A DNA stretch of 64,000 nucleotides from the NCBI RefSeq assembly GCF_009914755.1, contig NC_060927.1, one strand, 5' to 3'. Of this stretch, positions 28,006-42,499 are shown piece after piece. The stretch is from the human T2T-CHM13v2.0 reference genome, Homo sapiens. The notes beneath the pieces were generated by a model. That model saw nothing but the letters and a program-made list of their open reading frames with translations. It did not search any database and had not been told where the DNA came from. Numbering within the stretch: position 1 is the first letter of the stretch; every line of letters starts with the position of its first letter. Both the position numbers and the translations under genes were made by a program.

Positions 28006-28514
28006 GTAACTTTTTTTTTCATTTCTCCCCTTTCTGTCTTGCTCTTTCTGTCATTTTTTTCTCTTCTGTCAATGAGACCAATGCTAGAATTAGTGGAAGG
28101 GAGGAAGCACATGAATGAGTTTTCCTTCCTCACTATCTTTCCTCCTCCACATCAAGGTCTTCTCCCTCACTGGGCTTTTGCTGCTTAGAGGCTAAGCTGA
28201 TAGAATGTATCCATTGTGTTAGAAATACACACTCAATATTAATGAGTGATGTACTAATATGGTATCTTGGGCAGACAGGCATGCCTTACAATATTCCAGA
28301 ATAACAAAACAAAAATTAGAATGGATGGGGAAAAAAATAGGTAAAACAAGAATGGCAGAGTGTTGATCATTATTAAAGGGGTGGGGGAGTTTTTATAATG
28401 AAATGTATTACACTGATCTCTCTACTTTGAGATCTATTTAAAATCTATTTAAAATTTCAATATTAGATGATACCTACAATTGTGACTTAAAATCTTTCAT
28501 GTAAAGTAACAGTG

Positions 28515-28912
<398 letters not shown>

Positions 28913-28924
28913 TCAGACATCCTT

Positions 28925-29270
28925 TCCCCTCCCTCTAACACTATCAAATTCTGGTTAGAAGAAAATATTTGCAAACCATGAGGTCAATACTATTTGCTGA
29001 TAATGAAGTGTAACTGAACTATAGTTTAGTCAGAACAAGCTGTTATTGGTGATCATGTCTGCCTAAAAAGCCCATTTTCCTTTAAAGGTACTTCCTCTCC
29101 CCTCCCCCTAACACTATCAAATTCTGGTTAGAAGAAAATATTTACAAACCATGAGGTCAATACTATTTGCTGATAATGAGGTGTAACTGAACTATAGTTT
29201 AGTCAGAACAAGCTGTTATTGGTGATCATGTCTGCCTAACAAGCCCACTTTCCTTTGAAGGTACTTCCTC
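28925..29270. repeat. 173-bp tandem duplication (2 copies)
   Basis: 28925-29097 vs 29098-29270; 6 substitutions and no indels by manual alignment. Confidence 0.95.
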
Positions 29271-29414
29271 CTGAAATGGAAGTGGTTATGTGTGGAAGGT
29301 GATACACAGAATTATTGACTTTAAGATGGAACAGAAGGAAGTACAGGCTGGAAATGTTCAGTCTGTAGTTGTATGTCTAGATGTGTGAACTTGATAGTTT
29401 CCATAAATGCTTAC

Positions 29415-29572
29415 CGTTTCCGGGTCATTTTCAAAGACCTCCCTGGCTTCTTCTTTATTGCACAGTTCTTCGATGCATTCTCTTTCAAGATTACCCTGTT
29501 TGGTTTCTTCAAGTAAAGAATTTGCACGACGCTTCCTAACCAGGACTTGTGAAGCCTGTTGCTTTGACAAAA
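29415..29572 (-). CDS. PROS1: PROS1 exon 2 (propeptide and Gla domain)
   Basis: 158 nt; cag|TT TTG TCA...GAA ACG|gtaagc; (F)[52 protein letters not shown] with RKRR convertase site. Confidence 0.98.
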
Positions 29573-29884
29573 CTGAAGGAAACAATCAGTTTATATGAAT
29601 TAATCATTTTTCCATGTAAAATATATTGTTTTATTAAACAATAAGAGTTAAAATCATTTTCTGCCTATGAATTGTATGACATTTAAAATCAGTATGATCG
29701 AACTAAGAAAAAAATGCAGATACAGAAGCACGTTGGTTAACAATTCAGAGAGCGGGTTTGGTGTGCAGCTGCAGCCCTTGTATGATGGTCTACACAAATT
29801 ATTCAGGTTTATACTTGAGGTTAAACACACCAGATAATATTCAATACTTCCTTTATTATGACTACATCAGAGAAAACATGCTGA

Positions 29885-30865
<981 letters not shown>

Positions 30866-30869
30866 TTAC

Positions 30870-30965
30870 AGCATATAGAATAGAAAAAATTGCATCCAGA
30901 TAAGCCGACCAATACAGAAATGCATGCACGGTTGTATATAAAATCATTTCTAAAATATAAACAAA
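30870..30965 (-). CDS. PROS1: PROS1 alternative in-frame cassette exon in intron 1 (+32 aa)
   Basis: 96 nt, phase 1-1, no stop; ttctttatag|TT TGT TTA...ATA TGC T|gtaagtat; encodes CLYFRNDFIYNRACISVLVGLSGCNFFYSIC(F); from memory it matches a longer annotated PROS1 isoform (verify). Confidence 0.8.
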
Positions 30966-31363
30966 CTATAAAGAAAACAATATAAACAATCATATAAACC
31001 ATCACTACAGAGAATAAACGGGAAATAAACATTATAAAGTGTTCAAATCAAACTATTTTAAAAATTATATTTTTGCATATTAGACTGGCAAAACTTTAAA
31101 AGAATGATAATATCAATTATTGGTGAGAGTAAGGGAAAACATGCATTCTTGTACACTGGTAGTGGAGCATAAACTGGCAGGTTTTATTTGAAGGTATTTT
31201 GGTAAAATTTAAAGCACATATACTCGTCATCTCAACAACTCTGATTCTAAGTATGTCCTACATATATGCCCATGTGCTGGAAAAAATAGAATTGTTTATT
31301 GAAAGACTGTTTGTGAGATCAAAAAATTAAAAATGACTTAAATATCTATCAAGAGGGGCACAG

Positions 31364-31659
31364 GATCAGGCACGGTGGCTCATGCCTGTAATCCCAGCAC
31401 TTTGGGAGGCCAAGGCAGGAGGATCACTTGAGCCAAGGAGTTCAAGACCAGCCTGGATGACAAAGAGAGACCCCACATCTCCAAAAAATTTTAACAATTG
31501 TCCAGGTGTAGTGGTGCACACCTGTAGTCCCAGCTAGTCAGGAGGCTGAGGCAGGAGGATCACTTGAGCCTGTGGGGGGTCAAGGCTATAGTCAGCTATG
31601 ATCACACCACTGCACTCCAGTGTGGGTGACAGAGCAAGACCCTGACTTAAAAAAAAAAG
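31364..31659 (+). mobile_element. Alu (AluJ-like) within old L1M sequence (about 30740-31900, plus strand)
   Basis: Alu dimer; flanks show degenerate L1 ORF2-end motifs (aagcaacagactggaggaaaata, gtacactggtagtggagcataaactgg). Confidence 0.85.
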
Positions 31660-33478
31660 AGGGGAATGGAAATAAAAGCTATAATAAACCCGTACTGTGG
31701 AATAATATGCAGTTGCTAAAAGGAAGATACTCTTGTACTGGAGATCTCAAAGATACAGTAAGTTAAAATGCAAGTTGTAAAATGCCACACTCATAGCATA
31801 ATTCTCTACAAATCAGCTAAAGTAGTATATATGTAAATATCATGTGGAAAAATACACAGAAAAGAGTTTGGAAAGACAAACTGCTAATACAACAATTATA
31901 TTTGGAGAAAAGTATGGAGAGTGTCGAGTTTTGGTTTATTATTTTAGCATGTTAATACAGCTTTTTAATGAAAAATGTAAAAAACATAAATAAAATCTGC
32001 AAGTAACTTTTTTCCTGATCTTAACCACAAATGGTTCTTTCACTAAGAAGATAAACAAGTAATATAAATGTCTGAATTTCTTTCCCTTTTCTTGTCTCTT
32101 ATTACCTGGTAAACAATAAGCAATAAATACTCAAAAGTTGACAATAGAAGAAAGAAAAAAGCAAAAAGATTTATCAACAGTTACTATATTTATCAGTTAA
32201 GTAACTAAAAAAATCTTTCAAGAGTGAAGTAATATTACTTTATTTCTCTGACTTGCCAAAGCAGAGGTTTAAATGTAATGGATAAATAAATAAATTGTTT
32301 GGGTTAGATTTGTAACCCTATCTCTTGACATGTTTATCATGCTCATTAAAATAGAGATTAAGTCAAGGCAGAACGTATATAAAAGATGGTACTCTGTGAT
32401 CATGCTATCTGCCAAGTGTGTTATTGACTTATCAATGACAGTCCTGTCAACAGTGAAAGAGCCTGACGTGGGCAATTATCTCATTTATTTTAAGTAGTTT
32501 TACGCATGCTAGTTTGTAATAAATACAGCAAAAAATTTGGACTTTTTGAACTTTACAGCAACTATGTGATTCTTTCTGGGGAAAACAATAACACTTTCAT
32601 TGAAGGGTGAATACACTGATTCAATTTTAAAAATCAAGGTTAAATGCACTTAGGAAATAAAGCTCCATATATATTCACTTCTTGGCATTTTTTCCTTACA
32701 CAATATTAACTTTTGGAATTAGGAGTTTGATAGTGATTTTTAAGAACATCTCTTTCCCCGTATGGGCCCCAACTAAAGGGTACAAAGCAGGTGTAATAAC
32801 ACATACTGTATTCATGCTTGTGAAAGCAAAGGTCTAAATCACCCAGAATAGCCAAGGTTTTTGAGTTCTTGGGAATGTCCACTTAAGTTTATAAAAGTAA
32901 ACATAACCACCTTTATTATTTAAGAGATGATGAAACTCAGGTAAAAAGCATGCAACATATTTTTCCATAATTGTAAAGTGAATAAACAACAAAACTACAG
33001 CTAGATCATAGGCATCCCAACTCTCAGACCTGCAATCCATTGTTTATTGTCTGCTGCTTTTCAAAAATCAGGAAGTTTTATTGTCTCAATTGTTGAGAGG
33101 AATATTAAAAAAACAAAAACTGTTATGCTTCTGTCCTACAGGAAAATTAAGCTAACAACAACAAAAAATTTTGTCTAAATATATTTGCACTAAATTTGGA
33201 TTTCATCTAGTTCAGCCCAACAATGCTTTACATTGGTATGATACATAACAATGTTCAAAGCACGAATTAATTATTTCATTTGATTTTCACATGCTGAAAT
33301 AAACTATCAGACAGAATTATCATCCCTATTTTCCTATTGAAGAAATTGAAGCTGAGAGAGGTGACATGATTTGCTACGAGTTGTGCTAATGGAATTCAAA
33401 TATACCCATCCCCTTAGCCCAGTGCTCTTTTCTTGAGTGTATTCTGCTACTCAAATGTCCATGATGTACCTGATTTAA

Positions 33479-34025
33479 CTTTTTTCATTTACATATTTTT
33501 ATTTGGAAATGTGTTTATCAATACAGTGAAACTAAATTATAGAGACACTGATGTCATTAGTTTAGATATAATTACTTTATAATAAAAGACATAGTAATTA
33601 ACATATGATGTACGATTTTAGAACTTCAGTGGAATGGGCAGCTTCATGTTGATGCCATTTCAACAGTGAATTATTTCAGTCTACCTACTTTCCAAGAATG
33701 TCACCATCTCTAAATAAAAAAATAATGCTTGTGGTCTAGAATTACTTTGGTGCCTCCATATTCTGAGAGAAGTACTTTATCTCCAGCTTTCACACTGACT
33801 GCTTGAATCCCTTTCCTTTAGGGCCCAATCGAACAGCTACTACTGTTGCTTGCAATACTTTTCCTGAGACTTTTCTGGAAGCATAATGCCTTCTTTGGTT
33901 ACGGTTTTGGCTGCACCACTTTCAGCCAAAGAACACTCGGTCAAAGAGCAGAAGAAACTTTCTACGTGTTTGGTCTCCCATGACTCCCGCTGCCACAGCT
34001 CATACTCTGCTCTTGCACAACTGCC
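33479..34025 (-). pseudogene. Processed pseudogene of HSPE1 (Hsp10/Cpn10)
   Basis: Intronless; ATG at 33981, stop at 33676-33678; recognisable segments RKFLLLFDRV, TVTKEGIMLPEKS, KVLQATVVAV, GDKVLLSEYGGTKVIL, FRDGDILGK; frameshifts and a TAC>TAG change; 3'UTR with AATAAA (33498-33503), short A-tail and degenerate TSD (33464-33483 / 34026-34045). Confidence 0.93.
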
Positions 34026-35460
34026 ATGAGCTGACTTTAATTTTTGTAAAAGAAATTATGTGGTTGTGCAGTGGATAAGGTCACTATCTTAAATAATTAG
34101 CTGTCCTTTACAAAATAAACCCATCCATCTAAGAGAATGGCTTTTGAAGCAGTCTACTGCTTCTTGCCAGAAAGATACAGGCATGACATCATGAACCCAA
34201 ATTAAAACTACAGGACTGTTGGATGAGACAAGCATGGGGTTTGAAGTGCTTTCAGCAATTGGCTCAAAGTTCTTCTGCCCAAAAATATTCACCCTGCTGA
34301 CATGCAGCAATATCTAAAAGTTCCATTATTTACCATAATAACCATGACATATGAGCACATAAATGCTGTTTTACATTATCTCCTTTAATCTGAATCATAA
34401 CTGTTCTAAGTAGATTAAAATTTTCCGTTTTATATATGAATAAGCTAAAATTTAAAGTTGAGTTAATTTTAGCAAGTTCCCACAGCTGAGAACACAGACA
34501 ACCAGCATCCAAACCCTGTCCTCTTTTTGTATTAGCACACTGTCCCTTACTCATTTGTTTCACTTCTTTATATTAAGAAGTATCTCAAGAAAGTCCTTGT
34601 TAAAACCCAACTATGTTGCTTGAAAAGTGTTACATTCAGATTCAAAATTTTAGGTTATAATGTGGAGTTTATGAGTCTTTCAAGATAAGAAGTACAACTG
34701 AGTCAACTTGATTTTTTTAACTTATCTGAGTCACTCCTTCAAAATAATGACCAAAGCAGGTGGAACAATTATGACAATAATAAAACCATTGTGCAAACAT
34801 GAACTGGAATTCTCTTTGAAATTGTATTCACAGCCTTCATATGTTCTCTTCATGTGGGGGGTAAGTCTTTGTTTTTTGAGTGTAAATTTGATTGACTTAC
34901 CTCCAAAAAATAATTTATTGTTATTGGTTTCATAAGAGCCCCTGTAATGACAGTGATGCTAGCACTCCCTCTGCTAATGCCACCCTCTGTTCAAGGAGGG
35001 CAGGACCAAAGGTCTGCAGGTTGTCCAAAACTGATCAGTCAGGTTAAGGATGAGGTGGCAGATGGAGGAGCATCCAGGTTTTAGGATAGCTTATCCTCTG
35101 AAGCTCTTCCATTTTGCTCCCTTGTTTTTTTGCAAAGATGGTTCTCACATTCTTCCCTCCAAAAGCTCATCTCTCTTTTAGTTCTGCTTTCCATCTCTCT
35201 TTTCCCTAGGCTCTTCTTATTTGGCATCTCATAAATGAAAAATTGCCCTTGAAAGAATGTTTCTGAGAAGAGAGTCTTTGGCTAGCACTTGGGTTGGCCA
35301 AGTATTTTTATCTTTGTGTGGGCTTCAGTGTTGGATGAGGTGAAGGAAAATGGCTTTCACTTTACAAATATAGAGAACCACCAGTTGATACTTTGAGACA
35401 TAACTGTGCTTCACAAGTCTCAATTGATGAAACAGTATATTTTGTTTAAACCAAGACTGA

Positions 35461-36361
<901 letters not shown>

Positions 36362-38227
36362 GGCTAGTTAATAATGGTAAAAAAATAATAATAATAATGG
36401 TAAAAATGGCTGTATATTCAAAAATGTATTTAAAATAATTACATTAACTATAAAATACTTCAGTTATTTTTCATAAAGATTTCTACCACAGAAAATTTCC
36501 AACTGGAGGAAAGAAGCAATTGAAAAAATGTGAAGGTTGCCAGGATTAAGGAAAACTCAAAGATGGGTTTTTATGTAGGGATTCACCAACTATTATCCTT
36601 GCTTTTCTCTAGATTTTATATTTTGTATCACATTGAGGATTATGCTGCTATGCAACGATTTCTTCTCATATTGTGTTAAGGGTTGGAATGGGTTAAAGAA
36701 CATTCTGTAATGAACTGTATCTAGGTCTTTTTGAAGGACTGAACAAATACTGACTGATGAGAAATACTTTACTAGAGTCAAAGATCATTAAGAGATAGGT
36801 GTGGATAAAGATTTAAATCCAGGGAGAGAAAAAGAAGAAGTAATCTGTGAATGAAATGTTACACATATAAAGGCGAGTTCTAAAACATTAAGGATAGGGG
36901 AGTGTAGGCTGGCATTTATTTAGAAGTAGAAAAGCCACTGGTGGAATTAAAAAAAAAATGTGACCATTGACCCTCCATTCTGGAACAGATCATTGAATGA
37001 GTACAGGAGCAATGCCTGAACTGTTTAACAACAACAGAAGTGAAACGGACCTCTCCTTACACCAAGATTTAATTATAACTTCAATTTACAGCCCCTTTCT
37101 AGGAAAAAAAAAAAAAGTCACTCTGGCGTTGTTTCCACAGATTAAAACCTTTGATTAACTAGACAGAGAAAGCAGTACACGTTAGTTATTCCCTCCAAAC
37201 AGCAAATATCTTTACTCGAATGATAGAATACACGGCTTTATTACCCAGAAAAAAAGTTACACTGGCCATTTCTTTTATTTGAATTGTTTGTTCTTGGTCA
37301 GTGATCAATGAAGATACTTCATTGAAGGGATTCAAGAGCTCAGATGTTGGCAAGGATAAAGAAGGAATTTTCTACAACTCTATTTTTTTTCTCCTGACTA
37401 CTAGATTGCAAACTGGTTATGTTTCCTAATGCTACAACAGGAGGTCTTTTTCATGACATGCAGCAAGATAGTCCCACACTCAGCTTTCATTGTCTTTTTT
37501 ATCTCCTACCCACTAGGACCCCAAAACATCATTTGATTTTGACATCATGCACCAAGAAGTTACTGCACAGAAAATGTTTTGTTTTTGTTCTATTTGACTT
37601 ATTTTGTTACAATTACATCAATATATTAGTTCTGTGGCCTGGGTCTGTACTTATGTTTGGAAAAGCAACAGGCAAAGTGTTCCTGGACACTTAAAAAGGC
37701 AACAGTAAAATAATTCTCCTAATTTTGCAATATCGCCCTACTTGCAATAGCCCCTAGATCCCTGAAATAAGCAAGTCTGAAACTGTGCTTAGAGGCTTAG
37801 AAGGATTTCAGATATCAATGGCATTCCTTTGACTCTTAGGATATAATTTATTTTTTAAAGTGCTTATTTGCAAGTGAGATTACTTGGAATATTGGTATAT
37901 CGTCAAGTGAGTCTTTCTAATTCAATGGTTTCTACCAGCATCTCAGAACCCTCTGTCAAATAACCAAAAGGCTTTAAGACACAGTCTAAATAACAGTGAA
38001 ATAAAACAATAACTCATTAAGGAAAGGAGAGAATATCATTGGGCTAAGGAATCAAGGAAAAAAATAAAAATAAAACAAGCAGAAAGGAAAGAGGCAGTTA
38101 ACATAGAAACTCAAGTCCACATTAAAAAAAAAAAAAAAGTCAGCCACAGACAAAATGAAAAAACTACTGTTTTTTTTTTCATAGTAAGTAAAATGATAAA
38201 ATAAGCATTTTCATTGTACTTGGCAAG

Positions 38228-38906
38228 GTGTTATGGACTGAATGTGTCCCCATCTCCCCCCCACACCCCTTCCCCGCTCCAAATTCATATGTTGAAGCCC
38301 TAACACCCAGTGTGGCTATATTTGGAGACAGGTCCTTTAAGGAAGTAATTAAGACTAGATGGGGTCATAATGTGACCCCCTAAGATTAGTGAACCAAAAA
38401 ATGGCAATAATAGACTCTGATGACTATTAAAGGGGGAAGAGAGGGAAAAGAGTTGAAAAACTAACTGTTGTTTGCTATGCTCACTATTTGGGTGACAGGA
38501 TCATTTTGCCCCAAATCTGAGCACCACGTAATATGCCCATGTAACAAACCTGCACATGTATCCCCTGAATCTAAAATAGAAAGTTGAAATTATATAAATA
38601 AATAAATATAAAAGCAATAATAATAATAAAGGATTAGTGTCCTTATAAGAAGGGACTCAGGGGAGTTCTCTATAGCTCTGTTGTGCTTTCTCTATCCCCT
38701 GTGCACACACCAAAGAAAGGCCATCTGAGTAGCCAGCGAGAAGGCAGCCATTTGGAAGCCAGGAAAAAAGCCTGCACCAGAAACTGAGTTAACTGAACTT
38801 AATATTGGACTTTCTAGACTCCAGAACTGCAAGAAAATAAATTTCTATGGTTTAAGCCATGAACTCTGTGTTGTTTTGTTGTAGCAGCCTGAGCAGACTA
38901 ATACAC
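38228..38906 (+). mobile_element. MLT1A-like LTR interrupted by an L1MA 3' end (about 38390-38625)
   Basis: tgttatggactgaatgtgtcccc start, gagcagactaataca end; internal gtaacaaacctgcacatgtatcccctgaatctaaaat. Confidence 0.7.
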
Positions 38907-39214
38907 AAGGCAAGTTAGTCATGGACTATTTCTAGCTGCTCTGTAAAGGCATACAAAGTGATGCTTATGGTTAATGATGGCAGAGAGTATTTATGGCTTC
39001 TCCCTCTAGGACCACATAAAAATGATATTAAGATAAATGTTTAAAAATTTTAAGGAGTAAGAGAATTTTTAAAAACATGTTTTTTGTTTAAAAAATATAC
39101 AAATTGACAGCATGGTAGGGGTCATTATTAAATAAGTGATTTCATCAAATTCTCCAAGCTGGAAAGCTGATGAGAACCTGTTGGTGAATAAACAAGGGAC
39201 AGGAAGAGTTGATC

Positions 39215-39999
<785 letters not shown>

Positions 40000-42117
40000 G
40001 ATCCAATATACACACTCAGAGTTATAATGGAAATAAGAACACTTTTGCCTAAAGACGCCTACAATGAAAGGAAGAACCCTTTTGCCTAAAGAGGCCTCAG
40101 AAAGACTTTAACACAGCTTTAGCAGGAGGGTGGGAGAAGGCAACTAGAAGCAGAGGGATTAATTTGAAAATCTCCCAATGACACACCAATAGTTTCCCCA
40201 TCCCAATGTACATGAAGTAATTGTCAGGCCTCTGAGCCCAAGCTAACCCATCATATCCCCTGTGACCTGCACATATAGATCCAGATGGCCTGAAGCAAGT
40301 GAAGGATCACAAAAGAAGTGAAAATGGCTGGTTCCTGCCTTAACTGATGACATTACCTTGTGAAATTCCTTCTCCTGGCTCAGCAGCTCCCCCATTGAGC
40401 ACCTTGTAACCCCCGCCCCTGCCACCAGAGAACAACCCCTTTGACTGTAATTTTCCACTACCTACCCAAATCCTATAAAACGGCCCCACCCCTATCTCCC
40501 TTTGCTGACTCTCTTTTTGGACTCAGCCCGCTGGCACCCAGGTGATTAAAAAGCTTTATTGCTCACACAAAGCCTGTTTGGTGGTCTCTTCACACGGACG
40601 CACATGACATTTGGTGCCAAAGACCTGGGACAGGAGGACTCCTTCCAGAGACTGGTCCCCTGTCCTCGTCCTCACTCCATGAGGAGATCCACCCACGACC
40701 TCAGGTCCTCAGACCAACCAGCCCAAGGAACATCTCACCAATTTCAAATCGGTTAAGCGGTCTTTTCACTCTCTTCTCCAGCCTCTCTTGCTACCCTTCA
40801 ATCTCCCTCTCTCGCTATCCTTCAATCTCCCTGTCCTTCCAATTCCAGTTTTTTTTCCTCTCTAGTAGAGACAAAGGAGACACATTTCATCCGTGGACCC
40901 AAAACTCTGGTGCTGGTCACGGACTTGGGAAGACAGCCTTCCCTTGGTGTTTAATCACTGTGGGGACGCCTGCCTGATTATTCACCCACACTCCATTGTT
41001 GCCTGATCACCATGGGGATGCCTGCCTTCATTCACCCACATTCACTTGGTGGCATGTCAATGGTGGGAATGCCTGCTTTGGCTGCTCACCCACACTGCAG
41101 CCCAGGGCTGCTCACCACCCCCCTTCTCCATGTCTCTACCCTCTCTTTTCTCTGGGCTTGCCTCCTTCACTATGGGCAACCTTCCACCCTCTATTCCCCC
41201 TTCTTCTCCCTTAGCTTGTGTTCTCAAAAACTTAAAATCTCTTCAACTCACACCTGATCTAAAACCTAAACACCTTGTTTTCTTCTGCAATGCCACTTGA
41301 CCCCAATACAAACTCGACAATTGTTCCAAATAGCCAGAAAATCCACTTTCAATTTCTCCATCCTACATGATCTAGATAGTTCTTGTCATAAAATGAGCAA
41401 ATGGTCTGAGGTGCCTGACGTCCAGGCATTCTTTTACACATCAGTCCCTCCCTAGTCTCTGTTCCTAATGCAACTCATCCCAAATCTTCCTTCTTTCCCT
41501 CTCGCCCGTCCCCTCAGTCCCAACCCCAAGCGTCACTGAGTCTTTTCAATCTTCCTTTTCTACCAACCAATCTGATCTCTCCCCTCTTCCCCAGAGTGCT
41601 CCTCCTCAGTTTGCTCCCCGCCAGGCTGAATCAGGCTCCAATTCTTCCTCGGCCTCCACTCCCCGACACTATAATCCTTCTATCACCTCCCTTCCTTACA
41701 CCTGCTCTGGCTTACAGTTTCATTCTGAGACTAGCCCTCCCCCACCTGCCCAACAATTTCCTCTTAAAGAGGTGGCTGGAGCTAAAGGCATAGTCAAGGT
41801 TAATGCTCCTTTTCTTTATCTGACCTCTCCCAAAGCAGTTAGTGTTTAGGCTCTTTTTCATCAAATGTAAAAATCCAGCCCAGTTTATGGCTTGTTTAGC
41901 AGCAAACTTGAGACCCTTTACCACCCTAGACCCTAAAAGGTCAGAAAGCCGTCTTATTCTCAATAAGCATTTTATTACCCAATCCGCTCCCGACATTAGA
42001 AAAAGCTCCAAAAATTAGATTCCGGCCCTCAAACCCCACAACAGGACTTAACTAACTTCACCTTCAAGGCATACAATAATAGAGTTAGAGGCGGCCAAGT
42101 AGCAACATATTTCTGAG

Positions 42118-42447
42118 TTGCAATTCCTTGCCTCCACTGTGAGAGAAACCCCAGCCACATCTCCAGCACACAAGAACTTCAAAACGCCTAAGCCACAGTG
42201 GTCAGGCATTCTTTCAGGACCTCCTCCCCCAGGATCTTGCTTCAAGTGCCGGAAATCTGGCCACTGGGCCAAGGAATGCCCGCAGCCCGGGATACCTCCT
42301 AAGCCATGTCCCATCTGTGCAGAACCCCACTGGAAATCGGACAGTCCAACTCACCCATCAGTCACTCCCAGAGCCCCTGGAACTCTGGCCCAAGGCTCTC
42401 GGATTGACGCCTTCCCAGATTTTCTCAGCTTAGCGGCTGAAGACTGA
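42118..42447 (+). pseudogene. HERV-H gag C-terminus (nucleocapsid)
   Basis: CCHC knuckle CFKCRKSGHWAKEC and a degenerate second knuckle CPICAEPHWKSD. Confidence 0.88.
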
Positions 42448-42499
42448 CACTGCCCGATTGCCTCGGAAGTCTCCTGGAAGCCTCCTGGACCATCACATA

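Noticed and set aside
40043-40098. Short repeat cttttgcctaaaga.gcct present twice
   Set aside because: About 19 bp slippage-type duplicate in old repeat-like sequence; no functional indication
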